From a virus, in IMG/VR virus record IMGVR_UViG_2757320460_000001, positions 1 through 54,042 of that record: a DNA stretch of 54,042 nucleotides. One strand, given 5' to 3'. The notes beneath the pieces were generated by a model. The model made no database searches, was not told the DNA's origin, and saw only the letters and a list, made by a program, of their open reading frames with translations. A program made the position numbers and the translations under genes. Positions 1-9,668 of the stretch are shown piece by piece. Numbering within the stretch: the first letter of the stretch is position 1; each line of letters begins with the position of its first letter.

Positions 1-127
1 TTATAAGGGGTTTAGCTTTAGCAGAACAAATTGAAAAAGATAAACAAAATAAAGATAAAGAACAAAAGATATGTTAAATAATCTTGCCCTTGCCTTAGCA
101 AATAAAGTTTTAGAGTTTTATTGGCAA
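1..127. repeat. Terminal direct repeat identical to 53916..54042 (circular-contig overlap; unit genome about 53,915 bp)
   Basis: First and last 127 nt of the window are identical base for base; the ORF starting at 53837 reads through the junction and stops at 75..77. Confidence 0.9.
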
Positions 128-226
128 GGGTTAAGTTTTAAAGATGCTCTAAAGAAGGTTAAAGAAGAAAATAAAAATATCTTAGATTGGAGCTGTGATA
201 TAGATGTATCAAAATTCAAACACTAA
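71..226 (+). CDS. hypothetical small protein (51 aa)
   Basis: ATG overlaps the stop of the preceding cro-like ORF (ATGTTAA); open to TAA 224..226; below the ORF-track cutoff; overlaps the next gene by 23 nt. Confidence 0.3.
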   Translation: MLNNLALALANKVLEFYWQGLSFKDALKKVKEENKNILDWSCDIDVSKFKH

Positions 227-449
227 AATTTATGAATTAAAATGTCCAAGATGTGAAAACGAAAAATTAAAAGGAACTGAAAATTATTGTCCTATATGTG
301 GTTTGAAGCTAAAAGAGAAAGCTGTTCAAGAGATAAATACTCCTGAACAGGCAATAATTTATATTGATTTAGATGAAAAACTAGTTAAAAAAATAATTAG
401 AGAAATAATTGAAGAAAAACAAAATATTTTATTTCCCAAAGTTTTTTAA
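204..449 (+). CDS. zinc-ribbon protein
   Basis: CPRC...CPIC pair near the N-terminus; GGAG about 12 nt upstream. Confidence 0.55.
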   Translation: MYQNSNTKIYELKCPRCENEKLKGTENYCPICGLKLKEKAVQEINTPEQAIIYIDLDEKLVKKIIREIIEEKQNILFPKVF

Positions 450-659
450 TGTTTTATTAAGGGATTTAAATTCATTGTCTATTGCAGATTTACTTTTTTC
501 AAAATTTGTACCAGCTTTTAAAGCTATTGTTTTTCTACAAAAAGGACAATGAATTTCTGTTCCAACTTGATTAAGTTTTATTTCTAATTCACTTTTGCAA
601 ATTGGACAGTTAATTGTGATACTTTTGTTGCCAAAAGTAGAGTTAAAACTTAATGACAT
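429..659 (-). CDS. zinc-ribbon protein
   Basis: CPIC...CPFC motif; start moved to MSLSF, which follows AAAGGTGGTG; convergent with and overlapping 204..449. Confidence 0.5.
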   Translation of the reverse strand: MSLSFNSTFGNKSITINCPICKSELEIKLNQVGTEIHCPFCRKTIALKAGTNFEKSKSAIDNEFKSLNKTLKNFGK

Positions 660-770
660 GATATCACCACCTTTCATAGTTTATTTCAACTTGGCAGGGC
701 TGATACTTAAATTATAAAGGTTGGGAATATTTAGGACAAGTTTATAAAAATTAAATAGGAGGCATACATA

Positions 771-1049
771 ATGAATAAAATTTTTGTAGACATTAGCAAT
801 AATGTACAGGCCACTACAGAAATAAAAACAGTTGGAACTAACTATGAACTGATAGCAAATGATCCTAATATAGGAGAAATAAAGATAGTTCTTAACTTTA
901 ACCAACTAGATGATGCAATTGATGAAATGAGAAGATACAATTGTGAACCAACATTTGAAGAATTAGAAAATGATTTAGATGCAGCTAAAGAAGAAATTAA
1001 AGAGTTAGAAAATGATTTTAATTCTTTAAGAGAAGAATATAGAAAGTAA
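771..1049 (+). CDS. hypothetical acidic coiled-coil protein
   Basis: ORF preceded by AGGAGG; co-oriented with the early operon. Confidence 0.6.
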   Translation: MNKIFVDISNNVQATTEIKTVGTNYELIANDPNIGEIKIVLNFNQLDDAIDEMRRYNCEPTFEELENDLDAAKEEIKELENDFNSLREEYRK

Positions 1050-1296
1050 AAAGATTATAAGCCGTTACAAGCAAACAAAAAAACATAAAAACACTGTATT
1101 AACATACCAATCCATTTTTTTATAGTAACGGTTTTATATATAGCAGCTAAGAAATAAATAAAAAATTATATGTAAAGTGAGGTGAAAGTCCTCCCTTCAT
1201 TTTAGATCAAGTACTCATCTTAGTTGCAAAAAATAACTTGTTAGGAGCTTTAAACTGCACAATATCTTGGCTCCTAACTAAAGGAGGTTTTTGTTA

Positions 1297-1482
1297 ATGG
1301 ACATGTTAAAAGAATACGGTCCATTAACATTAGCAGAAATGACTTATAAAGATATTCTAAAAAGAAGAGAAAAAAGGAACAGAGAGAAGCAAAGAATAGT
1401 TGATGGTGCATTAGAAACAATGTTTACTGGTTCTTTATCTAAGGTTGGTAGAAAGCTAGGACAATGCACTAGAATGTATTAA
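1297..1482 (+). CDS. hypothetical protein
   Basis: ATG 8 nt after AAAGGAGG; the track start at 1291 (TTG) is less likely. Confidence 0.5.
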   Translation: MDMLKEYGPLTLAEMTYKDILKRREKRNREKQRIVDGALETMFTGSLSKVGRKLGQCTRMY

Positions 1483-1495
1483 AGGAGGAATATAA

Positions 1496-1663
1496 ATGAA
1501 TGAATTTAAAATTTTAGAAGTAACTTTAGAAAAAAGGGAAACAGAAGAGGTTATAGGAGTTGCTTTTCATAAAGCAATAATCGAAAGATTAGGAACTAAA
1601 AAAATGGAGAGCTATGCGGATGAAATAACTGAAATAATAGAAAGAATTAATGAGGAGTTATAG
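1496..1663 (+). CDS. hypothetical small protein (55 aa)
   Basis: ATG after AAAGGAGG; MNEFKILEVTLEK...; stop TAG 1661..1663; below the track cutoff. Confidence 0.45.
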   Translation: MNEFKILEVTLEKRETEEVIGVAFHKAIIERLGTKKMESYADEITEIIERINEEL

Positions 1664-1674
1664 GAGGTACTTTC

Positions 1675-2034
1675 ATGAACATTAATTTAGACAAAATTGC
1701 AGAAGGAGCAGTTGGGGAGAAGTTTAACAGTGCTCTTAAAGAAGTAACAAAAAATATTTTGGATCCAAACACAAAGGCTACTGCCAAGAGAATAATAACA
1801 TTAAAGTTAACTTTTGAACCAGGAGAAGATAGAGAAATAGCAGATGTAACAGTTGATTATTCAACTAAGTTAGCACCAGTTAAAGGAGTTGCTACAAGAT
1901 TTGTTATTGGTACTGATGGTTCAGATGTTATTGCTAGTGAATATAAAAAGCAAATACCAGGTCAAACAGTAATGAAAGTTGAAGAAGAACAAGAAGAAAA
2001 GATTGATACTACTGGATTACAGTTAGTTAAATAA
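1675..2034 (+). CDS. hypothetical phage protein
   Basis: ORF with AGGAGG upstream. Confidence 0.6.
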   Translation: MNINLDKIAEGAVGEKFNSALKEVTKNILDPNTKATAKRIITLKLTFEPGEDREIADVTVDYSTKLAPVKGVATRFVIGTDGSDVIASEYKKQIPGQTVMKVEEEQEEKIDTTGLQLVK

Positions 2035-2064
2035 ATATATTAATTTGAAAGGTGGAATAAAACC

Positions 2065-2779
2065 ATGGAACAAAAAGAAGCATTAGAATATTTAGTTGGA
2101 TTAGGATATAAAGAAAATCCTATTATAGAAACTAACTTAGGAGTTTATTCAAAAGAGAAATTAATAAGAATGGAGCTACCAATTGCAGATACTTTAGGAG
2201 TATCAACTCTTACAGGATTAGTTGATTATATAAAAAAGTAATGTAGATCATATTGAAGGTGAGATTTTAGTACAAATAAAATCTCATAAAGAAGTTAAAT
2301 TATACAGTCCATTAAATGTAGATAGACAAAGAGAGAGATTTTTAGTTGCTGAAGCAATACTACCTAACAATATAATTTATGACAGATTCTTAAGTACAGA
2401 ACAATTCAACATAATGTTACAAAGTTCATTTGTAGATAAAGGAGATAGAAAGACACTTCTTACTTATACTGCATTAACTCAAGATGGACCAGTTAGAACT
2501 ATTGGAGATGATGGAGTATCACAACAAGTAACAGTTAAAACTGGAGTAGCTAGCTTAGAAAATGCTAAAGTACCAAATCCAGTTGAATTAGCACCATATA
2601 GAACATTCCCTGAAGTAGAACAACCAACTTCTAAATTTATTTTTAGAATGAAAGAAGGCCCAAGTGCTGCATTGTTTGAAGCTGATGGTGGAGCTTGGAG
2701 AAATGAAGCTATTAAGAATATTAAAGAATATTTAGCTAAGGAATTAGAAAAGTTTAAGAACATAAAAATAATAGCTTAG
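2065..2779 (+). pseudogene. hypothetical phage protein split by a frameshift at an A6 run (2065..2241 plus 2234..2779)
   Basis: ORF from ATG 2065 stops at TAA 2239..2241. The +1 frame is open from 2234 and continues ...NVDHIEGEILVQIK... into the 2414..2779 ORF. Removing one A from 2232..2237 fuses the two. Confidence 0.5.
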
Positions 2780-2855
2780 TAAGAATAAAGTCATATGAGA
2801 ATACAGTTTTGGTCATGTATTCTCATATGATAATCATTTGATAAGGAGAAAAATT

Positions 2856-3122
2856 ATGAATATATCAGGTTGGGCATTTGCTAAAAATGCTGATGAATTA
2901 AGAGATGAAAGATATAACAGATTCAAGGAATTGAATAAAAAAGATATAAAAATTGAATCTGTAAGTACAACTTATGCAAGAAAAACATATAAAGGAACTT
3001 TACTTAATAAGAACTTAAGCGATTTAGATATATTACTGCTATGTGATGATGGAAATACTTGTTTTGGTGGGTATGTAAGCCAAGATAAAGATAAATTTGT
3101 AGCAGCAGTTTATACAGATTAA
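2856..3122 (+). CDS. hypothetical protein
   Basis: ATG (MNISGW) after AAGGAG; the track start at 2838 is less likely. Confidence 0.55.
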   Translation: MNISGWAFAKNADELRDERYNRFKELNKKDIKIESVSTTYARKTYKGTLLNKNLSDLDILLLCDDGNTCFGGYVSQDKDKFVAAVYTD

Positions 3123-3133
3123 GGAGTGAAATT

Positions 3134-3520
3134 ATGAATACAGTACAACTTTTGGGCAGGATGGTTAAGGATCCTGACATTAATGTTACAAGCAATACTA
3201 CAGTAGCTAAGTTTACATTAGCAGTTAATCGTTTTAAAAAGGGAGAAGCTGATTTCATAAGCTGTGTCGCATTTGGTAAGACAGCGGAGAATATAGCTAA
3301 TTTCTTTTTTAAAGGGAATCAAATTGCCATTAAGGGTAGAATCCAAACAGGATCATATGATGCACAGGATGGCACTAAGAGATATACAACTGATGTAGTA
3401 GTAGAAGGTTTTGACTTTATAGATGGGAATAAGAAAGAAAATAACATTTCTTCAGATGAAAATCTTAATGATGCTCTAATGGAAGAAATGGGAGGGGATA
3501 ATGATGATATCCCATTCTAG
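3134..3520 (+). CDS. ssb: single-stranded DNA-binding protein
   Basis: OB-fold SSB pattern (MNTVQLLGRMVKDPD..., ...FISCVAFGKTAENI...) and acidic C-terminal tail ending DDDIPF. Confidence 0.9.
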   Translation: MNTVQLLGRMVKDPDINVTSNTTVAKFTLAVNRFKKGEADFISCVAFGKTAENIANFFFKGNQIAIKGRIQTGSYDAQDGTKRYTTDVVVEGFDFIDGNKKENNISSDENLNDALMEEMGGDNDDIPF

Positions 3521-3935
3521 GAAAGGTTTTAAAAGAGTAGAAGAAGTCCAAGCGTTTCTAACAAGAAACGCTGGAATATCTAAAGAAAAAGTAATTTTAG
3601 AAATGCTTAGAAGGTTTAAATTAAGCTACACAGAAGCTAATAAAATTTACATGGAGTGGCGTAAGAAATACGTTGCTGGAGAGATTAAAGACATAACATA
3701 TACAAAAAATGATATCCAAAACAATCTTGAACTATATGCAGAACGTTACGCCGAAACTAATAAAAAAGGTTATACAGTAAAAGAAATAATAAAGATAATA
3801 AAAAATATTAATAAATTTGGAATTAAAGATGCAGCAGCAGTTCTTGATATAGATATAAGAGATATTACTACAGTTTATACAAATGCTAAGGCTTGGGGAG
3901 TTATAAAGCCATTAGGAAGAAAGAGAAGGTGCTAA
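3501..3935 (+). CDS. hypothetical protein
   Basis: ORF overlapping the ssb stop; co-oriented. Confidence 0.55.
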   Translation: MMISHSRKGFKRVEEVQAFLTRNAGISKEKVILEMLRRFKLSYTEANKIYMEWRKKYVAGEIKDITYTKNDIQNNLELYAERYAETNKKGYTVKEIIKIIKNINKFGIKDAAAVLDIDIRDITTVYTNAKAWGVIKPLGRKRRC

Positions 3936-4048
3936 GCAATGAATGATAAGTTCGATAGAAAAGGCTTTTGGACAGTAATTGCTATAGACATTATTTGCAT
4001 AATGTTTTTCATTTGGTTAATTACAAACTGTATTTAAGGAGGAAACTA

Positions 4049-4534
4049 ATGAAAATTGATATAGGAAATTACAGAATAACTTCTGATGAAAGACAATTCA
4101 TAATTCAATCTGTAGGCTACGTTACAGAGAGTAAAGTTACTAAGGAAGAAAATATAGGGAAAGAAAAAACAAAGAACCTAGCGTACTATGTAAGCTTTAA
4201 AAATGCTTTAAAGTACTTAGCAAATAAAATTATTTTGGATAATGATGATACAAAAATTATCCTGGATAAATTAAATGAACTTGAAAGAAAAATAGATGAT
4301 ATGGATTATATTCCTAATGGTATATATGAAAGTTTTAATCAAGATGACCAAAGATTAATAAAAAATTCTCTAAGTGAAGTAGCACTTGAAAGATATATGG
4401 ATGAACATCACTTAAAAGAGGATGTAAATCAAGAAATGGAAGATAAAGCTTTAAAGGAATTAAAAGAAGCTGAAAGGATAATGCATTTATTAAAAGTATT
4501 ATCTGGAAAAGAAAAATATGTGAAGGAGAAATAA
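4049..4534 (+). CDS. hypothetical protein
   Basis: ATG (MKIDIGNY) after AAGGAGG; the upstream extension to 3968 lacks an RBS. Confidence 0.6.
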   Translation: MKIDIGNYRITSDERQFIIQSVGYVTESKVTKEENIGKEKTKNLAYYVSFKNALKYLANKIILDNDDTKIILDKLNELERKIDDMDYIPNGIYESFNQDDQRLIKNSLSEVALERYMDEHHLKEDVNQEMEDKALKELKEAERIMHLLKVLSGKEKYVKEK

Positions 4535-4535
4535 T

Positions 4536-5021
4536 ATGGCTAAATTATATGAACTAGCTAATAACTATAGAAACTTAACAGAGCTTATAGATAGAGAAGA
4601 TGTGGAACAGGATTTAATCCAAAATGCACTTAAAGAGTGCCATGGAGATATAGAAGAAAAAGTAGACAACATAGTAAAGCTTATAAGAAATACTGAAAGT
4701 GATATAGAAGGATATAAAGCAGAAGAAAAGAGATTAAATGCTAGAAGAAAATCCTTAGAGAATACCGTTACAAGTTTAAAGAATTACTTAGATTCTTCTC
4801 TTAAAGGCTTAGGATTAAAGGAAGTTAAAACTACATTATTTACTTGTAAGTTCCAAAAATCTAAAGCTAGTGTTGAGATCATGGAGCAAGAACTTATCCC
4901 AAAAGAGTTCATTGTAATTGAAGAAAAAGTAGATAAGAAAAAGCTATATGAAGCACTTAAAGCAGGACAAGAAGTTGAAGGTGCCAGCTTAAAAGAAAAT
5001 GAAAGTTTGAGGATTAGATAA
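4536..5021 (+). CDS. Siphovirus Gp157-like protein
   Basis: N-terminal MAKLYELANNYRNL... coiled-coil pattern and position directly upstream of the annealase. Confidence 0.45.
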   Translation: MAKLYELANNYRNLTELIDREDVEQDLIQNALKECHGDIEEKVDNIVKLIRNTESDIEGYKAEEKRLNARRKSLENTVTSLKNYLDSSLKGLGLKEVKTTLFTCKFQKSKASVEIMEQELIPKEFIVIEEKVDKKKLYEALKAGQEVEGASLKENESLRIR

Positions 5022-5551
5022 TGGATTTAAATTTTAGAAAACTTAAAGCAGATGAAATAGAAATAAGAGCACAGAGTGTAACGGAAAAAGGTGTGATTTT
5101 ATTATTATACAAAAATTCTAGAACAGATATGGATATTTTAGATGAAACAGTAGGTAAAAACAACTGGAGAAGGAGCCACGTTCTTATTAATGGTAACTTA
5201 TTCTGTAATGTAGAGATATGGGATACAGATAAAAAAGAATGGATTTCTAAGCAAGATGTAGGAACAGAATCTAATACAGAGAAAGAAAAGGGACAAGCTT
5301 CAGATAGCTTTAAGAGAGCTTGTGTCAATTGGGGAATAGGAAGGGAATTATACAGTTCTCCATTCATATGGGTAGCATCTAAAGATTGTACCATTACAGA
5401 AGTTAAAGGGCGTTATACTTGCAAAGATAAATTCGAGGTTGCAAAGATAACCTATAAGAAAAATGGAGATATTAATGGCCTAGCAATAAGAAATACTAAA
5501 ACTAAGAAAATAGTATTTACTAAGATGCCAGAAGAACCAGAAGAAAAATAG
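5021..5551 (+). CDS. Rad52/Sak-like single-strand annealing protein
   Basis: ...GQASDSFKRACVNWGIGRELY... motif typical of the Rad52/22 (Sak) family. Confidence 0.7.
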   Translation: MDLNFRKLKADEIEIRAQSVTEKGVILLLYKNSRTDMDILDETVGKNNWRRSHVLINGNLFCNVEIWDTDKKEWISKQDVGTESNTEKEKGQASDSFKRACVNWGIGRELYSSPFIWVASKDCTITEVKGRYTCKDKFEVAKITYKKNGDINGLAIRNTKTKKIVFTKMPEEPEEK

Positions 5552-5586
5552 AAGGGGCATATGCCCCTTTAATATTGGAGGAATTA

Positions 5587-6222
5587 ATGAGATATAACTT
5601 TACGGATAAAGAAATCAAAGAGATACTAAGTAACTTAACAGTTGTCATTGATAATCGTGAACAGGCTAATTTACATATTACAGATTGGTTAGATAAGAAA
5701 AAGATACCTTATAGAGAAGAAACTTTAAAGTATGGAGATTATAGCTGCATGATTCCAAATGGAACTTTCGAAGGTCAAAAAAGAGATATTTATTTTACTG
5801 ATTCTATTGCCATTGAAAGAAAGTTTTGTATTGATGAATTGGCCATGAATCTTAAAGATAACAAGACCAATATTAATGAGGTTAATAAAGAGATCATTGA
5901 ATTTCTTGGAGAAAAATATTTAAAGAAAGTTCTAAAAACTGATTACAACAGATTAAAAGCAGAGTTACAAGGATTAAACCGTTACGGAATAAAGTTCTTT
6001 ATATTCTTAGAAGATAAGGAATACGACAAGAACATAAGAGAAGGAAATTATAGAAATCAATATAAGCCAGCTAGTTTATATGCTAGATTGAAAGCTTTAG
6101 AGAGTGAATTTAACACAGTTATTCGCCCCATCGACAAGGCTTTAATGGGTAGTGAGATATATAACACTCTTAGATATTGTGTAAGAGATATCCTTAAAAA
6201 TAAAGGATTTATGGAGGGGTAA
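5587..6222 (+). CDS. ERCC4-type (XPF/Mus81-like) nuclease
   Basis: VIDNREQ ... GDY ... IERK motifs; ATG 5 nt after GGAGG. Confidence 0.6.
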   Translation: MRYNFTDKEIKEILSNLTVVIDNREQANLHITDWLDKKKIPYREETLKYGDYSCMIPNGTFEGQKRDIYFTDSIAIERKFCIDELAMNLKDNKTNINEVNKEIIEFLGEKYLKKVLKTDYNRLKAELQGLNRYGIKFFIFLEDKEYDKNIREGNYRNQYKPASLYARLKALESEFNTVIRPIDKALMGSEIYNTLRYCVRDILKNKGFMEG

Positions 6223-6223
6223 A

Positions 6224-6418
6224 ATGTATAAAAAATCTAAACTTGATAAATTAAAGAGTGAAACTTTAGAAGAACAATGTAAAAGGCTTTGTTATGAAAC
6301 TTTTAAGGATTTTTATAAACTTCCAGAAGGTTGTAACACTTATGAAGAATATATTAGATATTATGCACATGATTTATTCTTCGTAGAGAATAATGAAATT
6401 TATGCAATAACTTATTAG
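6224..6418 (+). CDS. hypothetical protein
   Basis: Tightly packed co-oriented ORF. Confidence 0.5.
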   Translation: MYKKSKLDKLKSETLEEQCKRLCYETFKDFYKLPEGCNTYEEYIRYYAHDLFFVENNEIYAITY

Positions 6419-6451
6419 TTAAAAAAACATTTCATTTAAGGAGAGATAAAA

Positions 6452-6673
6452 TTGAGAAAGCAATCCATGATTGGTGGAGGAGAATTTGAGTTTGAACCAA
6501 ATAAATTAGATTTAAAGGTCGAAAAAAGAAAAGAGTATTTAGATAAAGCAGAAAGTTTTTTCATAAATGAATTAAATAGACAAGCCTTAGAATATCAAAA
6601 ACAAGGCTTAGGAATTTTTGAAAACTTTAGAAAAGATATAGTAAGAGCTTTAGTAATGGAATTAAGGAAGTGA
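6452..6673 (+). CDS. hypothetical protein
   Basis: TTG start 7 nt after AAGGAG. Confidence 0.5.
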   Translation: MRKQSMIGGGEFEFEPNKLDLKVEKRKEYLDKAESFFINELNRQALEYQKQGLGIFENFRKDIVRALVMELRK

Positions 6674-6678
6674 AGATT

Positions 6679-6831
6679 ATGAAAGTTTGGGAGTTAAGAG
6701 AAAAATTAGAACTTTTAGATGGAGAAATGGAGATTGTTGTATTAGATTGGGAAAATAATGCTTACGATTTTCAAGGAATCGGATTTGATCATAGAGAAAA
6801 GGAAACAACATTAGCAATAAAGTTTGAGTAA
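6679..6831 (+). CDS. hypothetical small protein (50 aa)
   Basis: ATG after AAGGAAGTGAAG; MKVWELREKLELLDG...; makes the antisense ORF 6677..6862 spurious. Confidence 0.4.
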   Translation: MKVWELREKLELLDGEMEIVVLDWENNAYDFQGIGFDHREKETTLAIKFE

Positions 6832-6850
6832 AAGTTAATTGGAGGGAAAA

Positions 6851-7066
6851 ATGTACAAGCATAGTGATTTAGATAAAAGAATTTGTGACATTGAAGAAGG
6901 AGCTACTAATACAGAAACGTTAAGAGAATTTATTAAGCGTTCTGAAAAAGAGTTTGGATTAGAGCCTTCAGAAAAATTTGAATTAGAACCAGTAGACTTA
7001 GATTCTATGAGCGAGGAAGATTTAAATAATTATATAGATTACTTAGATAGATTATGGGAGAAGTAG
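6851..7066 (+). CDS. hypothetical protein
   Basis: ATG (MYKHSDL) after GGAGGG. Confidence 0.55.
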   Translation: MYKHSDLDKRICDIEEGATNTETLREFIKRSEKEFGLEPSEKFELEPVDLDSMSEEDLNNYIDYLDRLWEK

Positions 7067-7114
7067 TTGCATTGTTGCAGCTACTTAATTACTGATTAGG
7101 GAGTAGGTGAACAA

Positions 7115-9373
7115 ATGAAATTTGAAGAAATAAAAGATAAATTTGAGATAGATAAAAATAGTAAAAGAGTGGATAGGGTACAAGCAAAGTGCCCTTGCCA
7201 CGATGATAAAAATGCAAGCTTAACTATAAGCCATAAGGGAGATAAAACTTTCTTATATTGCCATGCAGGGTGTGAAACTAATGACATATTAGAAAGTGTT
7301 GGCCTAAAAATGAGTGATCTATTTGATAAGCAATTAGAAATTAATGAAGAGAAGAAAAGTGCTTTTGAAAAAGATATAGAAGCTATTTATAAATTCTATG
7401 ATGAAAATGGAGATTTAGCTTATGAAAAAATAAGAAAAAAAGGCAAAAAGTTTTTACATAGAAGATATATAGATGGTGAAACAGTTTGGGGAATGGAAGA
7501 AGGTATTTATACTGAAACTTTCCCAGGAAGTAAAAGTTGGAGTATTAAAGAAAGACCAGGAGCTAAAAAAGCATATTATCCTGGACAAGAACAACTTTTA
7601 TATAATTTGCCTAATGTAATTAAAGGGATAAAAGAAGAACAAACTATTTTTATAACTGAAGGAGAAAAAGATTCTGATAGTTTAATAACTAGGGGATTAA
7701 TAGCTACTACAACAAGCATAGGGGCTACCAAGGGTGACTTAGGTAAAAAGTGGCCAAGTAGATTTAATAGTTTTTTTAAGGGTGCGAATGTCGTATTATT
7801 ACCTGATAATGATGAACCAGGTAAAAGATTCATGGAACACATAGCTATCGAATTAAAGAACATAGCTAATAACATAAAAATTGTTGAATTACCTGATTTA
7901 TCAAAAAAAGAAGATATAACTGATTGGTTGGAGTATGGAAATGATATTTATGATCTTCAAGCTCTTGTAAAAAGAACAGATGAATTTATAGAGTTTAAAG
8001 GGAATATAATTTATGACTACAACTGGAGTGATGTTGGAAACGCAGAAAGATTAATATCACTTCATGGGAAAGATATTAAGTTTAATGTAAATAGTGGTAA
8101 ATGGTATGTTTGGAACGGAGTTAATTGGGAACTAGATAATTCTTTTAAAGTAGAAAATTTATATAGAACAGTATTAAGAAGATTCCAAAATGCAATACCA
8201 AATATAAATATATCTGATGATGAAATTGCAACTAAGAAACAACAAGAAAAAGCTAAAAGTTTTGTCCTTAGAAATGAAACCGATGGGAAAATTAAAAGCG
8301 TACTGAATCAAGCAAAGACTTTCAAAGGAATAAACTTCATGGAAAGTGATAAGGATGATTATTTATTTAATACACCTAATGGAACAATAAATTTAAGAGA
8401 TTTAAGTCAAAAAAAACATGATAGAAAAGATTTAATTACTCAATGTAGCAATTATAGTTTTAATAGAGAAAATGATAAGTGTCCAAATTGGATAGCTTTT
8501 TTAAATAGAATTTTTTGTGGAGATCAAGAATTAATAAATTATGTTCAAAAAGCAGTTGGATATTCCCTAACTGGAGATATGTCAGAGCAGTGTCTTTTTA
8601 TGCTTTGGGGCGGTGGAGCAAATGGTAAATCTACATTTGTTAAAGCACTAGAAGATATTATGGGAAGTTATGCAGCAACAATAAAAGGTGAAACTTTAAT
8701 GGAGAAGAATGGCCAAGATGGAGCAAGGGGAGATTTAGCAAGACTAACTAATAAAAGAGTTGTTATAGCTTCAGAGCTTCAAGAAGGACAAGTATTTAAT
8801 GAGCCGTTACTGAAGGTATTAAGTGCAGGAGAAACTCTACCAGTAAGATTTATGTACCAAGAAGAATTCATGTTAAAGCCTAAATTCAAGCTTTGGATTA
8901 TGACTAATAAGAAGCCTAAAGTTAAAGGTAACGACCATGGAATATGGAGAAGGTGGAGAATGATTCCTTTTAAATATAAATTTACAGAGAAAGAGAAAGA
9001 TCCTAATTTCTATGAGGAAAAATTAAAGCCTGAATTAGAAGGAATATTATTATGGGCCATTACAGGTTATCAAATGTGGAAGGAACAAGGCTTTGAAGCC
9101 CCTAAGGAAGTAATGGAAGCAGTTGAAGATTATAAAATGGATATGGACCAAGTAGCAAGATTTATAGAAGATTGTTGTTTTATTAGAGATGATGCGGAAT
9201 GTACTGGTTCAGCTATGTATGATGAATATCTTAATTGGTGTATAAATGAAGGAGAAAATTATAAAATGACTAATCACAAACTTGCTAGAGATTTAAAAGA
9301 AAAAGGATTCGTTAATAAAAGAGATATGAACGGTAAGAAGTGGATTGGAATTGGAGTTAACTCATTTAAGTAA
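7115..9373 (+). CDS. bifunctional DNA primase/helicase (Zn-finger + Toprim + D5_N + P4-type P-loop NTPase)
   Basis: CPCHDDKNASL...CHAGC zinc finger; Toprim ITEGEKDSDS / LPDNDEPGKRF; Walker A GGGANGKST. Confidence 0.9.
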   Translation: MKFEEIKDKFEIDKNSKRVDRVQAKCPCHDDKNASLTISHKGDKTFLYCHAGCETNDILESVGLKMSDLFDKQLEINEEKKSAFEKDIEAIYKFYDENGDLAYEKIRKKGKKFLHRRYIDGETVWGMEEGIYTETFPGSKSWSIKERPGAKKAYYPGQEQLLYNLPNVIKGIKEEQTIFITEGEKDSDSLITRGLIATTTSIGATKGDLGKKWPSRFNSFFKGANVVLLPDNDEPGKRFMEHIAIELKNIANNIKIVELPDLSKKEDITDWLEYGNDIYDLQALVKRTDEFIEFKGNIIYDYNWSDVGNAERLISLHGKDIKFNVNSGKWYVWNGVNWELDNSFKVENLYRTVLRRFQNAIPNINISDDEIATKKQQEKAKSFVLRNETDGKIKSVLNQAKTFKGINFMESDKDDYLFNTPNGTINLRDLSQKKHDRKDLITQCSNYSFNRENDKCPNWIAFLNRIFCGDQELINYVQKAVGYSLTGDMSEQCLFMLWGGGANGKSTFVKALEDIMGSYAATIKGETLMEKNGQDGARGDLARLTNKRVVIASELQEGQVFNEPLLKVLSAGETLPVRFMYQEEFMLKPKFKLWIMTNKKPKVKGNDHGIWRRWRMIPFKYKFTEKEKDPNFYEEKLKPELEGILLWAITGYQMWKEQGFEAPKEVMEAVEDYKMDMDQVARFIEDCCFIRDDAECTGSAMYDEYLNWCINEGENYKMTNHKLARDLKEKGFVNKRDMNGKKWIGIGVNSFK

Positions 9374-9649
9374 TATGTATATTATATGTACCTTTTATGT
9401 AGGTTTAAGATTAAAAGGTACATACCACTTAAAATGGCATTATTACTATATTTATTATATATATATTATTTATTTATGTATATTATGTATATTAAATAAA
9501 TAAATTATATAAAAATATACATAAAAAATATATATAGACCTTTTTGTTTTTTGGAATATACATATTAAAAAAATATGTTTTAAATTGAGTTATACCAACG
9601 TTTGTAGGGTTTTATGTAATATACATAATAGTACATAAAAATATACATA
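9374..9649. repeat. origin-like iteron cluster (7 copies of ATATACATA/TATGTATAT) plus a 12-bp-stem hairpin
   Basis: TATGTATAT at 9374, 9475, 9484; ATATACATA at 9515, 9556, 9619, 9641; perfect inverted repeat ATGTACCTTTTA/TAAAAGGTACAT at 9386..9423. Confidence 0.6.
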
Positions 9650-9668
9650 AATTAATTTTGGAGGGCAT

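Noticed and set aside
1-127. Terminal repeats as transposon ends, LTRs or biological DTRs.
   Set aside because: The length is exactly 127 nt, identity is perfect, and an ORF runs through the junction. All of this fits an assembler overlap on a circular molecule. I kept it only as a low-interest finding.
681-905. Minus-strand ORF overlapping 771..1049.
   Set aside because: Its composition is hydrophobic and low-complexity, and it has no RBS. The plus-strand ORF has an AGGAGG RBS and fits the operon.
3968-4048. N-terminal extension of ORF 3968..4534 given in the track.
   Set aside because: The internal ATG at 4049 follows a strong AAGGAGG RBS. The extension has none, and it overlaps a possible 33-aa membrane ORF at 3939..4037.
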